The translations under genes were made by a program, and so were the position numbers. DNA of 64,000 nucleotides from Candidatus Multivorans sp. (GTDB taxonomy: Bacteria > Acidobacteriota > Thermoanaerobaculia > Multivoradales > Multivoraceae). The first letter of the stretch is position 1, and each line of letters begins with the position of its first letter. The stretch is from contig OZ245033.1 of NCBI GenBank assembly GCA_965224025.1, forward strand, positions 2,496,001 to 2,560,000, read 5' to 3'. The notes under the pieces are model-generated. The model was not told the origin of the DNA. It saw only the letters and a list, made by a program, of their open reading frames with translations, and did not search any database. Shown here piece by piece: positions 29,235-40,413 of this stretch.

Positions 29235-32161
29235 AGGTGGGGGGTGGCCGGCCGAGAGATCGCGGGCATTGCTGTCCTGGTTGTCTCCGGCACTGCCGGA
29301 GCGGAGGAGCTGCGCGTTTCTGGCACGATAGCCGGCGTCTCGGTGTCGGACCCGCCGGTCCGGGTACAACTCGTTCGAGCGCCGACGAGGTATGAGCGGC
29401 TCAAGGGGATAGCAGGCGGTTCGGTTGGACCCCTATACGAAGTCCATTCCGAGGTGCTCTCGAACGACGGTCGGTTCTCGCTGATCGCGACGGAGCTTGG
29501 TGTCTGGAGGGCGCTGGCCGGCCCCGCGACGTCATGGTACGGGGGGCTGTCGATTGTCGGCCCGGAGACCGATCTGGTCCTGTTCAAGGAGGATGAGCGC
29601 TCGCTCGCCGCGTGCCGGCGGTTGCTCCGGGAACCAGCGGTCGCCTGGATTCGGGCAGGAGAGGCTGAACGGTTGGACGGCGAGCGATCGAGCGGTTGGC
29701 AACGGTGGGGCCCGTGGATCCGGTTGGAGCGGGGGCGCGAACAGTCCTACTGGTTCGACGCGAAAGCCAAGCGGGTTCGAGTCACGATCGGCGCCGTGGG
29801 CAGGGATCCGGTTCCCGTCGATTGCCGGGCTGGCGAGCGCGCCGAAGTGAGCCTCGCGGTACTCACTGGGGAACCGCTGGGGCTTCGCTTGGTGCGTAAC
29901 GGCCGACCGCTCGCGGCGGCGGTGTTGGCAAAAGAGAGGACGGTTGGCCCGAATGCCTGACAGACGGGGAAGGTCGGTGCCGCTCCCGGACTGGTTCATA
30001 CTCGGTGGTCTCCGCGGACCGGGCCGACGCGCGCATCGAAGTGGTGCGAGGCGGAGAGGTTGAGGTGCCGCTCGTTCGAGAGGAGCCCGGCTGGGTGGAT
30101 GTAGTCTTGCACGATCGACCGGCGGGCGACTCGGCGCGAGCGAAGGGTCCGTCATCTCTCCGTAGACCTGTACACCTCCGCAGATCTTCGGTTGGTCTCT
30201 CGGTTGTCCACTGGTCCAATGCGAACGAGATCCTGGCGTCCAGCACGGTGACGGCTTCGCCAGACGACTCGAACCAGATGCGCGCCGTGGTTAGGCGGCG
30301 GTTTAGTGCTGCACGTACAACCGTCATGGCGGCAGGATTCGGAGCCGTCTCGGTCGCCTGGCTGGGCGATCGAATCGACGTGAGGAGTGAGTTTCGAACC
30401 GTTCATCTGAGAGCGCTTGTCCAGGTCGAGGGAGAAGTGGTCGACGCGGAAGGACTTGCCTTGGGAAGCGCGGAAGTTGCGGCTTGGGTCCAGGACGACG
30501 GCAGCCTGAGGCGGCGCGCGGTCGTGAGCCGCGACGGTCGATTTCTCGTCGAGGCGCCCTCAGGCGTCAGGCAGGTCGGGTTCAGCGCCCGGGCTCCCGG
30601 ATTCCGCCATGTGTAGAAACTGGTCGAGTCGTCGGTGTTCCCGCTTGTGCTGGAGATGGAGAGAGTCTCCGGCCTGCGGGGCCGGATAGTCTCGCCGTTC
30701 GGTACCGCCCTTTCGGGTGACGCCGCCCTCGTTCGGAGCCGCGGTCAGCCACTGGCGAGCGAATTGATCGGCGCCGTGCGCCAGTGGCGGCGAGCGAGCA
30801 GGACGCCCTGGTCGCGTATGGGCGCGATTGCCACTTCACAGACGACAGTCGACGGGGCGTTCCACTTTGAGGACATGCCGGAGGTGGACGACCTATGGCT
30901 TGCGGTGAGCGCGGAGGGCTACGTGCCCGCTTGGCGGCGGATCGATAGGGCAGCAAGCGCCCACCCGGGCGTGGGCGATCTGCACGTGGGCGATCTGGTC
31001 GTCGAACCCGAGGTTCCATTCCATGGTCTCGTGACATCGGCCGGCGCGCCCCTGGTCGGCGTCAATGTCGGCTATTCGCGTAGTCCGGCGATAGTAGGAC
31101 GGGAAGGGCTTCTCAACGAGTTCAGGCCGATCGCCTCGGTCGAGAGCGACCGACTGGGGCGCTTCTCGATCGGCGGTCTTGCTAGCGGTGGTCTCCTCGA
31201 CATGGTGCTTGACCGGCCTGGTTTCGTCACCCGTGAACTGCGGGGGATCCGGATCGACGCTGCTCCTGGCCAGTCGCTGCTGGAAGTCGCACTCAACCCC
31301 GCCGTCGAGATGACGGTCCGCGTAACGGACCGGGAGTCAGGTGCTCCAGTCAAGCGGGTGAGGACTTCGTACGGCCCCCCAGGCAGGCGGCCTTGGGCTA
31401 TCGAGTCATCCGCTCCAGACGGGTCGGTGACGCTTCAAGGTATACCGGATCGCCCCGGAGTTCTCGTCGTTGAGGCGAGAGGATTCGAGCCAGTGCGATT
31501 GCCGCTGGAGAAGCCGCCGAGGGAGACGCTCGGGATCGAACTCGAAAGGGGCGATTCTCTGCTCCGCGGCGTCGTGGTGAAGTCCGGTTCACCCCTGCCG
31601 GGCGTTCGGATTTCCATTGGCTCGATCCGCGCGGAGACCAATGACCAGGGACGTTTTGAGGTCCGGCTCAGCGCTGGGGAACGGACCATCGTGGTCGCGT
31701 GGCTTTCCCTGGATCCGATCGTCAAGGTGAGCCGACCCCTGGCCACGCGCCCTGGTCTGAACGAGATCGTCCTTGACGCAACGCCAACGGAGATCACCGG
31801 TCGAGTCGAATGGGAGGACGGGCGCCCCGTCGCCGGGGCAAGGGTCGGCGCCGGTGCCGAAAAGGTCCGGTGCGGTTTGGACGGCCACTTCACGTTGCAG
31901 GTGTTTCCGGGCTTGACTGACTTTGCGGCTCACGATTCCGACGGCCGTCTCCTGGCTCGAACGCGGGTCGCGGTGGAGGCGGCGAGCAGGCAACACGTGG
32001 TGCTCGTAGCTCGGGAGCGTCCGCGGCCGGTCCTCCGCGTCCGAGTCACCGGCCTGGGTTCTCGCGAGAGGGAGGCGCTGAGCGTGCATGTCGAGTCGGG
32101 TCCGTTCGGATGGGGTCCTTGCGGAACCTGTCAACGACATTGACACAGCGGGGTTCAGGAT

Positions 32162-33160
32162 TTACTGAGTGGTCTCTGCAGTCTCGTTGTCGGGCTTGTT
32201 GATCCAGACGGCCCGGGGCAGTGGCGTGTGCATCGGTTGGCCGCCGACGAATCGTTCGGGTGAGCTCTCCCAGGCGGCGCTCAGCGTGCGTTGGCGCTGC
32301 TCGATGACGGCTTGCGCCCGGCCGTAGTGGACGGTCTGGGGAGTCAGCATGGCGATGCCGGCATGGCGGTGTTCGGTGTTGTACCAGGGGAAGAAGGACC
32401 TGCAGTAGTCGGTCGCGGCGTCCTGGCAGTTGAAGCGGCTGGGGAAGTCGGGGTGGTACTTGAGGGTCTTGAACTGTGCTTCGGAGTAGGGGTTGTCGTC
32501 GCTGACCCGCGGTCGGCCCAGGGAGCGGTTCACGCCGAGGCGGGCGAGCAGTTGGGCGGTGCCCTGGCTGGTCATGGGGGCGCCTCGATCGGAATGCAGG
32601 GTCAGGACATGGGGCTTGACGCCGTGCTTGAGGCGGGTCTCCTCGATGAGCCTTTGGGCGAGCGCGGAGTTCTCGCGGTCGGCGACCATCCAGCCGACCG
32701 CGTAGCGGCTGAAGAGGTCGAGCAGGACGTAGAGGTAGTAGTAGGTCCAGGTCTGCGGTCCGAGCAGCCTGGTGATGTCCCACGACCAGACCTGGTTGGG
32801 CGCGACAGCGACCAACTCCGGCTTGGCGTACGACGGATGGACGCGCTGATTGCGGCGGTCCCTCACGGGGTGGTTCGCTTCGAGGATGCGGTACATCGTG
32901 CGCTCCGAGCACAGGTAGCGGCCCTCGTCGAGCAGGGTGGCCACCACTTCTCCCGGCGAACGATCGACGAAACGCGGCGACGCAAGCGTGGCCTCGACCC
33001 GTTTCCGCTCGATCTGGCTCAGTGCCCGGGCAGGCGTGGGGCGGGGCTGCCGTCGCCCGGGAGCGGGCCTCGCACGACGATAGAAGGTCGATCGCGACAC
33101 GCCCAGCGCCCGGCACGCCGGCGCGATGCCGACCTGCCGGGCCAGGGACCTTGCCGCCAT
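32162..33160 (-). CDS. IS3-family transposase OrfB (rve/DDE)
   Basis: PNQVWSWDIT, LDLFSRY.VGW, HSDRG, DNPYSEAQFKTLK, WYNTEHRH. Confidence 0.92.
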   Translation of the reverse strand: MAARSLARQVGIAPACRALGVSRSTFYRRARPAPGRRQPRPTPARALSQIERKRVEATLASPRFVDRSPGEVVATLLDEGRYLCSERTMYRILEANHPVRDRRNQRVHPSYAKPELVAVAPNQVWSWDITRLLGPQTWTYYYLYVLLDLFSRYAVGWMVADRENSALAQRLIEETRLKHGVKPHVLTLHSDRGAPMTSQGTAQLLARLGVNRSLGRPRVSDDNPYSEAQFKTLKYHPDFPSRFNCQDAATDYCRSFFPWYNTEHRHAGIAMLTPQTVHYGRAQAVIEQRQRTLSAAWESSPERFVGGQPMHTPLPRAVWINKPDNETAETTQ

Positions 33161-33645
33161 CAGCAGTCCTTCCCGTCTTCGAGGCTGAATCCCAGCAGCC
33201 CTGCAACTTTTCCCTGGACGTCCAGGATCGTGTGCGCGGCGGCGACTTCCCTCTCGAGCCGCTTGACCTTCGCTTCCAGCCGCTTCACCTTCGGCATCAG
33301 AGGGTTGGCCTCGACAGGCTTGCGGCCCCGCTTCTTCGGCCTCAGACCGGAAAGCGCGCCCTCGCGCCGCGCCTTGCGCCAGTTGGCCAGATGGGAGCTG
33401 TACAGACCCTCTCGCCGCAACAGCCGACCCACCTCGCCGCGGTGGGTGCATCGATCCGCTTCCTCCAGAATCCGCAGCCGGTACTCCGCCGCGAACTGCC
33501 GTCGGGTCGGCTTCGCTACGACCTCCGGGTCGGGAACGCCCCCCGCGGACGCCGCGCCGGCCGCGGGGGCCTCGTCGCTACGCTCCTCAACCCCCGCGGC
33601 CGGGAGCTCCGAGCCGCCGCCAAACCTCTGCTCTCGTCTTGACAT
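33160..33645 (-). CDS. IS3-family transposase OrfA
   Basis: RRQF.AEYRLRILEEAD...LLRREGLYSSHL..WR. GGAGG RBS. G-GGA-AAA slippery heptamer near 33208-33214. Confidence 0.88.
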   Translation of the reverse strand: MSRREQRFGGGSELPAAGVEERSDEAPAAGAASAGGVPDPEVVAKPTRRQFAAEYRLRILEEADRCTHRGEVGRLLRREGLYSSHLANWRKARREGALSGLRPKKRGRKPVEANPLMPKVKRLEAKVKRLEREVAAAHTILDVQGKVAGLLGFSLEDGKDC

Positions 33646-34570
33646 TGATCCTCCTTGCCAACGCGTGCCCTCCACTATTCAACGGGATGCCCGCTGTGTC
33701 ACGTACGTTGGCAGAGAGGGTTGGCCGCTTCGCCTCGTCGGTCGCGGCTCGGAAGTCACCTTTGAGGCCGACGACGTTCCGCCGGGGGAGATGACATTGA
33801 TCGCTGCCGTTCCCTTTACCGGCCGCCTCCAGCGCCAATTGATCAATGTCGCGTCCGAGGGCGTTACCAGCGTGGGGATTGAGTTCAAGGACTTGGACAG
33901 CCGGATTGAAGGGGCGGTGACGGTCGACGGGAGGCCGCGGGCGGGAGAACCGGTCTTCGTGCTGAACGAGCGTCGCGGAGACGCGTGGGCCGTGAGGACG
34001 GATCAGCTCGGGCGTTTCGTGATCCAGGGTGTTGCGGCCGGCGATGAGATCGCCGTGGTCACGGTCGGTGAACGCAGGACCGTCCGGGTGGACGGGGAGC
34101 GCCTTGGTTTTTCCGCCCGCAGCGCCTCGCTGCGCGGGCGACTGGTTCTGACAGACAGCGCCTTTCCGGCCGCTGGCATGTTGGTCTTGGCGGTGCCGGT
34201 TCACACGTCGGCCGCCGCGGCGCGGCACGTCGGTCAGGCGGCGACGACCTACAGCGCCGAGGATGGATCTTTCTTCCTTGAGGGTCTGTTCGCAACCCGC
34301 TACCAAGTGCTCGTCCGCAGTCTGTCCGGTGGGCAGACCTTGGGTGCGATGGAAGTCGATCTTGACGCCGGCCCAGCGGATGTGACTCTAGCTGTTCGGC
34401 TTCCGCAGTGACCCGGCGTGGGCGCCGGCCGCGACGCTCGGCAAGCCGGAGCCGAACAGGGCTGGGCGGCAAACCGTTTCGGACCGCGGTCGCAGACAGT
34501 GGGCGTTGGGTCACATGGCGGAGGTCGACGGCGACGGTTTGGCCCTGATGCCGTTCGCCTAACCGTAGTT

Positions 34571-35568
<998 letters not shown>

Positions 35569-35572
<4 letters not shown>

Positions 35573-36924
35573 GAGGCCTTCACTCCCGGAACCGCGGCGG
35601 GCGGGACGGCGACCGGTTCGCTGACGGGGACTGCGTCGGCGCGGCCGAGCGAGGAGTACCTGAGTCCGGCCGCTGCCACCCGCTCGGGCTCGTAGAGATT
35701 GCGCAGATCGACGACCCGCGGTTCGCGCAGCAACTGCCTGAGACGGTCGAACTCGAGCGCGCGGAACTGGTTCCACTCGGTGAGGATGACCAGCAGGTCG
35801 GCGCCCTCGGCGGCCTCGTACTGGTCGCCGCAGTACACGGCCTCGGGGCGGATGCGGCGGGCCTTTTCCATCGCGGCCGGGTCGTAGACGCGGACATCGG
35901 CGCCGCGGGCGAGCAGTCGATCAAGCACGAACAGGGCCGGCGATTCGCGGATGTCGTCGGTGTCGGGCTTGAAGGACAGCCCGAGCAGCGCCACCGTCTT
36001 GCCCCTGGGATCGCCGAGCACGGACTCGATCTTGGCGAGCATCCGTTCCTGGACCCGGCGATTGACGTGGAGCGTCGCCTCGACGATTTCGGCGCGGGCG
36101 CCGGCGTCACGCGCCATGGAAACCATGGCCCGCGTGTCCTTGGGAAAGCAGGAGCCGCCGAAGCCAGGCCCCGGGCGCAGGAACAGAGGTCCTATCCGCT
36201 TGTCGAGGCCCATGCCGTGGGCCACGACCTGGACGTCGGCAGAGGTCAGCTCGCACAGCTCCGCGACTTCGTTGATGAAGGAGATGCGGGTGGCGAGGAA
36301 GCTGTTCGAGGCGTACTTGATCATCTCCGCGGTCTCGACGTCGGTGACCACGATGGGCACGCCGCGGGCGCGCAGCGGTGAGTAGATATCGAGCATGATG
36401 TCGGTGGCGCGCTGATCGCGGCTGCCGATGACGAGGCGGTCCGGGCGCATGAAGTCCTCGATCGCGGAGCCCTCGCGCAGGAACTCGGGGTTGCTGACCA
36501 CGGAGAAGGTGCGGCCGTAGCCGATGATCTCCTCGATCATGCGGCCGGTGCCCACGGGCACCGTGCTCTTGGTGACGATCGCCTTGTAGCCGTTGAGTCG
36601 CCCGCTGATCGCCTGGGCCACTTCGCGCACGTAGCGGAGATCCGAGGAGCCGTCCTCGCGCGGCGGCGTGCCGACGGCGATGAACACGGCCGCCGCGGCT
36701 TCGAGCGCGGGCCCCAGCTCGGTCGTGAAGCTCAGTCGCCCGGCTTCCTCGTTCTTCGCCGCCAGGGTCGCCAGACCGGGTTCGTAGATCGGAATCCGGC
36801 CCGCCTGCAACTGGGCGATCTTCGCCTCGTCCTGGTCGACGCAGACGACATCCATGCCGAAGTCGGCCAGGCACGCGCCCGTGACCAAGCCGACGTAGCC
36901 GGAACCGACGACGCAGATTCTCAC
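35569..36924 (-). CDS. ugd: UDP-glucose 6-dehydrogenase
   Basis: [54 protein letters not shown]. Confidence 0.95.
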
Positions 36925-36927
36925 CTG

Positions 36928-36945
36928 CGCTGTTATATAACAGCG
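36928..36945. promoter_or_regulatory. Perfect 18-bp palindrome between divergent ugd and SEC-C genes
   Basis: CGCTGTTATATAACAGCG, AT-rich core, 3 nt from the ugd start codon. Confidence 0.55.
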
Positions 36946-37018
36946 AGCGGAAGGCGTCGCTTCCCGCGCTGGGTTGCGGTGCGTACAGAGGACATTTCCG
37001 AAGAGTCAGGGTGAGTCG

Positions 37019-37255
37019 ATGAAGCGTGGACGACGGCTGAGCAACGCGATAGCAACCCGGAAGTCGGTGATCACCGCGCCGCGCAGCTTCTCGAAGGTGC
37101 AGCGGAACGAGCCGTGCCCGTGCGGCAGCGGCAGGAAGTACAAGGACTGCCACTTCGCCGAGGGCGAGGCCTTCCTGCGCAAGCTGGAACGCCGGCGCTT
37201 CAAGGAGCAGCAGAAGGCGGACGGTACGCCCTGGTACGTGCGCTGGCTGACCTGA
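37019..37255 (+). CDS. SEC-C motif protein
   Basis: [20 protein letters not shown]. Confidence 0.75.
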   Translation: MKRGRRLSNAIATRKSVITAPRSFSKVQRNEPCPCGSGRKYKDCHFAEGEAFLRKLERRRFKEQQKADGTPWYVRWLT

Positions 37256-37259
37256 TCCG

Positions 37260-38168
37260 TCAGACCGGCGTCGGCGCCGCCCCCGCGTCGACCCCGGCGT
37301 CGTGGTCCTGCTTCGCCTTCAGCAGTTGCGGCATGATCAGATCGATCTCGCGATTGTTCCACATGCCTTCCTTGCTGAACTTCCGGATCACCTTGGGCTG
37401 CTGCATGATGCCGATCCAGCCGCGCATCACGTCGATGATCTGAGCGGTCATCTCCTGGCCGGCGTCCGAGGCCAGCCAGGCGCACACGGGGGCGATCTGG
37501 TTGGGGCTCTGCTCGGGAGCGTTCTCGTCGACCTGCATGCCGCGCGAGGCGCGCAGCTCGGCCGTCATGCGGGTCGTGGCGCCGGGGGAGATCGTGTTCA
37601 CGGTGCAACCGTATTTGGCCAGTTCCAGCGCCAGCACCCGGGAGAGACCGGCGATTCCGGCCTTGGCGGCGGCGTAGTTCGACTGTCCGAAGTTGCCGTA
37701 CAGGCCCGAGACGGAGGAGAAATTGATGATCCGGCAGCCCGTCCGGTTCGTCCCACGGATGTAGTTGGCGAACGGCCGGCTGCAGCAGTAGTGGCCCTTC
37801 AGATGGACATCGAGCACCGCGTCCCAGTCCGCCTCTTCCAGATTGAAGATCGTCCGGTCGCGGAGGATGCCCGCGTTGTTGACCAGTATGTCCAGGGCGC
37901 CGAACGAGTCGATGGCGGTCTTGAAGATGTTCTGCCCACCCTCGACCGTGGCTACCGAGTCGTAGTTCGGCGCCGCCGAGCCGCCGGCGCTGCGGATCTC
38001 CTCGACGACCTGGTCGGCGATGCGTGAACCGCCGGTGCCGTCGGTGGCGCCGCCGAGGTCGTTGACCACCACGTTCGCGCCTTCCTCCGCGAACTTGAGC
38101 GCGATGCCCTTGCCGATGCCGCGTCCGGCGCCGGTGACGATTGCGGTCCTGCCCTCGAGGATTCCCAT
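37260..38168 (-). CDS. SDR family 3-hydroxyacyl-CoA dehydrogenase-like (MFE-2 type)
   Basis: TGAGRGIG, VVVNDLGG, NNAGILRD, NFGQSNYAAAK. Confidence 0.92.
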   Translation of the reverse strand: MGILEGRTAIVTGAGRGIGKGIALKFAEEGANVVVNDLGGATDGTGGSRIADQVVEEIRSAGGSAAPNYDSVATVEGGQNIFKTAIDSFGALDILVNNAGILRDRTIFNLEEADWDAVLDVHLKGHYCCSRPFANYIRGTNRTGCRIINFSSVSGLYGNFGQSNYAAAKAGIAGLSRVLALELAKYGCTVNTISPGATTRMTAELRASRGMQVDENAPEQSPNQIAPVCAWLASDAGQEMTAQIIDVMRGWIGIMQQPKVIRKFSKEGMWNNREIDLIMPQLLKAKQDHDAGVDAGAAPTPV

Positions 38169-38187
38169 GATCTTGCTATCTCCGTCG

Positions 38188-38211
38188 GTTGTCGTTGTCG
38201 TTGTCGTTGTC
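38188..38211. repeat. (GTTGTC)x4 tandem repeat upstream of the SDR RBS
   Basis: Four exact hexamer copies next to a GGGGCG...CGCCCC hairpin. Confidence 0.8.
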
Positions 38212-38255
38212 GGGGGCGTACTGTACCGCCCCTTTCGGCGGCTCGTCGCGGACGC

Positions 38256-38564
38256 TCAGGCGACGACCGCGAGGCCCTGGCTCACCGCTTCCTCGCCCTC
38301 CGCGTTCAGCACCCGGAAGGCGATCTGCCGGCCGCCGTCCGCTTCGCCGCCGAGGAGGTGGCGGCCTCTGCCGTTGCTGACCACCGGCCACTCCAGGGAT
38401 ACGCAGTAGGAGGGCGGCGCCGCGATGCCTCCACCGCGAGCGTCGTCGAACACGGACTCGCAGGTGTCGCCGATGCCGGCGGCGTAGGCGAGCGCGTCGC
38501 GCACGGTGATCAGGCGTTCATGGGGCGGCAGGTCGCTGCCGGCCGCGGCGGTGGAGATCGGCAT
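38256..38564 (-). pseudogene. MaoC/PhaJ-like (R)-hydratase with internal deletion
   Basis: N-terminus resembles a double-hotdog hydratase (RDALAYAAGIGD...APPSYCVSLEWP) and jumps to a C-terminal strand (IAFRVLNAEGEEAVSQG). No catalytic DxxxxH; only 102 aa. Confidence 0.55.
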
Positions 38565-38592
38565 CGTGGGTGCTCCGGTCCGTCGGGACGGG

Positions 38593-39210
38593 TCAGTCGG
38601 TGGCGCCGCCGAGGCGCCGTTCGAGATCCTGGAGACGGTTCTTCAACTCGTCGAGTTCCGCCCGGGCGGCGCCGCCGCCGTCTTCTTGCTGCGTTGCGGC
38701 AGGGGCACTCGGTTCGGGCGCGGTCGGCTTTGCCGACCGCGCCGGTTCCTCGCTGCCGCCGGTGTTCCGCCCGGCGCCGAACACGCCCTCCACCTGGCGG
38801 CTCATCTGCGCCTGCATCTGCTCGGCGATGGCGCGTGGATCCCAGAGCCGCATCCAGGATGGATCGGGTGCGAAGGGATTCCTGCTCACCGTCTCCCGCA
38901 CGCGCTCGTAAACCTCGCCGGCGCTCTTGAGGTACCACTGGAAGAAATCGCGGCCGGCCTGGTCGCGGGCCCGCACCAGGTCGCGCAGGAACTCCAGCGG
39001 CGGCCCCCTCTCAGGGTCCTTGGCGCCGTCGACGATGATCTGAGTGAGCACGTGGCGGGTCACGTCCTCGCCCGTCTTCGAGTCGACGACCTGGATGTCC
39101 TCGCCGCTCCGCACCATCTCGGCGACGCCGTCGAGGTTCACGTAGTGGCTGTTGCGGGTGTCGTAGAGCCGCCGGTTCTCGTACTTCTTGATGACGATTG
39201 GCGAGGTCAT
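38593..39210 (-). CDS. phaR: PHA synthesis repressor PhaR
   Basis: VIKKYENRRLYDT...YVNL...VVDSKTGEDVT..VLTQII. Confidence 0.88.
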   Translation of the reverse strand: MTSPIVIKKYENRRLYDTRNSHYVNLDGVAEMVRSGEDIQVVDSKTGEDVTRHVLTQIIVDGAKDPERGPPLEFLRDLVRARDQAGRDFFQWYLKSAGEVYERVRETVSRNPFAPDPSWMRLWDPRAIAEQMQAQMSRQVEGVFGAGRNTGGSEEPARSAKPTAPEPSAPAATQQEDGGGAARAELDELKNRLQDLERRLGGATD

Positions 39211-39277
39211 CTAAGGGGGTTGGCTCATTCGACGAGAGCGGAGGTCATTTCGTGCTGGGTCGCTCATTGCTCGGGGG

Positions 39278-39324
39278 TTGACACAGCGCAGCATAACGTG
39301 CAGGATTCATGCTGCACTGCACAA
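39278..39324 (+). promoter_or_regulatory. Sigma70-like promoter with putative PhaR boxes
   Basis: TTGACA-N17-CAGGAT overlapped by TGC/GCA-rich motifs CAGCGCAGCA and ATGCTGCACTGCAC. Confidence 0.55.
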
Positions 39325-39440
39325 GAAGGGCGCTGTCGATGGACGCCACCGTCGTCGGTGCATACTTCGAAACAGGCCAGACGAGCCGAAACCACATGGA
39401 CGAATCCGAACCAAGGATCGTACCACTCAGGAGACTTCAG

Positions 39441-39779
39441 ATGACGACCAGTACAGCAACCAGCACGACGAAAAGCCCCATGCAGCCCTGGCGTGGAACG
39501 ATGATCGACGCCAACCGCCGGGTGCTCGACTTCCAGAAGCGGGCGTTCGACACCAGCTTCGACATGGTGGCCAGGATGCAGGAGCGCCAGGAAGAGGCGG
39601 TCGGCAACTGGGTTGAGAACGCAGACCGGATTCCGGCAGAGGCCAAGAGCCTGGTGCGGGAGTGGACCCGGCTGTTCCAGGACAGCCGCAACGCCTACCG
39701 CGCCGCGGTGGAGACCAGCTTCGGTCTCGCCAACAGCTACCTCGACTCGCTCGCGCCGCAGGCGACCGAAGAGTCGTAG
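39441..39779 (+). CDS. Phasin-like PHA granule protein
   Basis: Small amphipathic helical protein (DFQKRAFDTSF..V...QE) divergent from phaR. AGGAG RBS. Confidence 0.65.
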   Translation: MTTSTATSTTKSPMQPWRGTMIDANRRVLDFQKRAFDTSFDMVARMQERQEEAVGNWVENADRIPAEAKSLVREWTRLFQDSRNAYRAAVETSFGLANSYLDSLAPQATEES

Positions 39780-39903
39780 TCGGCCAGCGGGGATCGGCTC
39801 GTTCAGCGCCGGCTCCAGGCGGCGGCCACGACGTCGCCTGGAGCCGGCCGCTCCGGGCCGCTCCAGATCGCAGACGGACTAGACTTGGGACACCGCTCCC
39901 GCC

Positions 39904-40413
39904 ATGGCCGACGACCGCCGCACCGCCAAGCCCACGAATCCGCCGCCCGATCCCTTCGCCATGTGGCGGGAGTGGGTCACGAAGTCCGAGCAGCAGATGA
40001 ACCAGGTGTTCAACCAGATGATGGGGACGGAGGAGTTCGCCCGCGCCTCGGGGAGCTGGGTCGAGGCGATGACGATGTTCCAGCAGACGATGAACGAGAA
40101 CGCCCAGCGTTACTTCCAGATGGCGGGCGTGCCGACGCGGACGGACGTCAGCGAGCTCGCCGAGCGGCTGACGGCGGTGGAGGAGCGGCTGCAACGGATC
40201 GAGGCGCTGCTGGCCGAAGCGGTGGGACGCAAGCAGGGACGGAACCAGGCGGTCCAGCCGGCACGGACGCGCCGTCCACCGTCCGAACGCCGTCCGCCTT
40301 CCGAACAGAGGGCGGCGGAGCAGCCTGAACCGCGGACGGCCGCCGAGTTGGTCGATGCCGTGCCAGCCGGTTCGGATGCGGCGTCCGCCGGGACAGGGGC
40401 GGCGCCGAAATGA
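39904..40413 (+). CDS. phaE: PhaE-like class III PHA synthase subunit
   Basis: DPFAMWREW...MGTEEFARASG...GVPTRTDV..LAERL..VEERL. Overlaps the phaC start. Confidence 0.7.
   Translation: MADDRRTAKPTNPPPDPFAMWREWVTKSEQQMNQVFNQMMGTEEFARASGSWVEAMTMFQQTMNENAQRYFQMAGVPTRTDVSELAERLTAVEERLQRIEALLAEAVGRKQGRNQAVQPARTRRPPSERRPPSEQRAAEQPEPRTAAELVDAVPAGSDAASAGTGAAPK

Larger units (their letters stand above)
32122..33720 (-). mobile_element. Complete IS3-family insertion sequence with 3-bp TSD (TTG)
   Basis: Imperfect 24-bp IRs TGTCAACGACATTGACACAGCGGG (32129-32152) and CCCGCTGTGTCACGTACGTTGGCA (33690-33713). TTG at 32119-32121 and 33721-33723. Confidence 0.85.
29244..34411 (+). pseudogene. Large carboxypeptidase-regulatory-like repeat surface protein, disrupted by frameshifts, an in-frame TAG (30614-30616) and an IS insertion
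   Basis: Segments 29244-29960, 30005-30616, 30635-32121 and 33724-34411 share G.V....G.P..G..V / TD..G.F motifs. Removing the IS and one TSD restores the frame (..GWGP-W-PLRLVG..). Confidence 0.75.

Noticed and set aside
32291-33720. 706-aa plus-strand ORF 32291..34411 as one gene
   Set aside because: The first two-thirds is antisense to the IS transposase. Only 33724-34411 is real host coding sequence.
36928-36945. Proteobacterial LexA SOS box
   Set aside because: Spacing is CTGT-N6-ACAG rather than N8.
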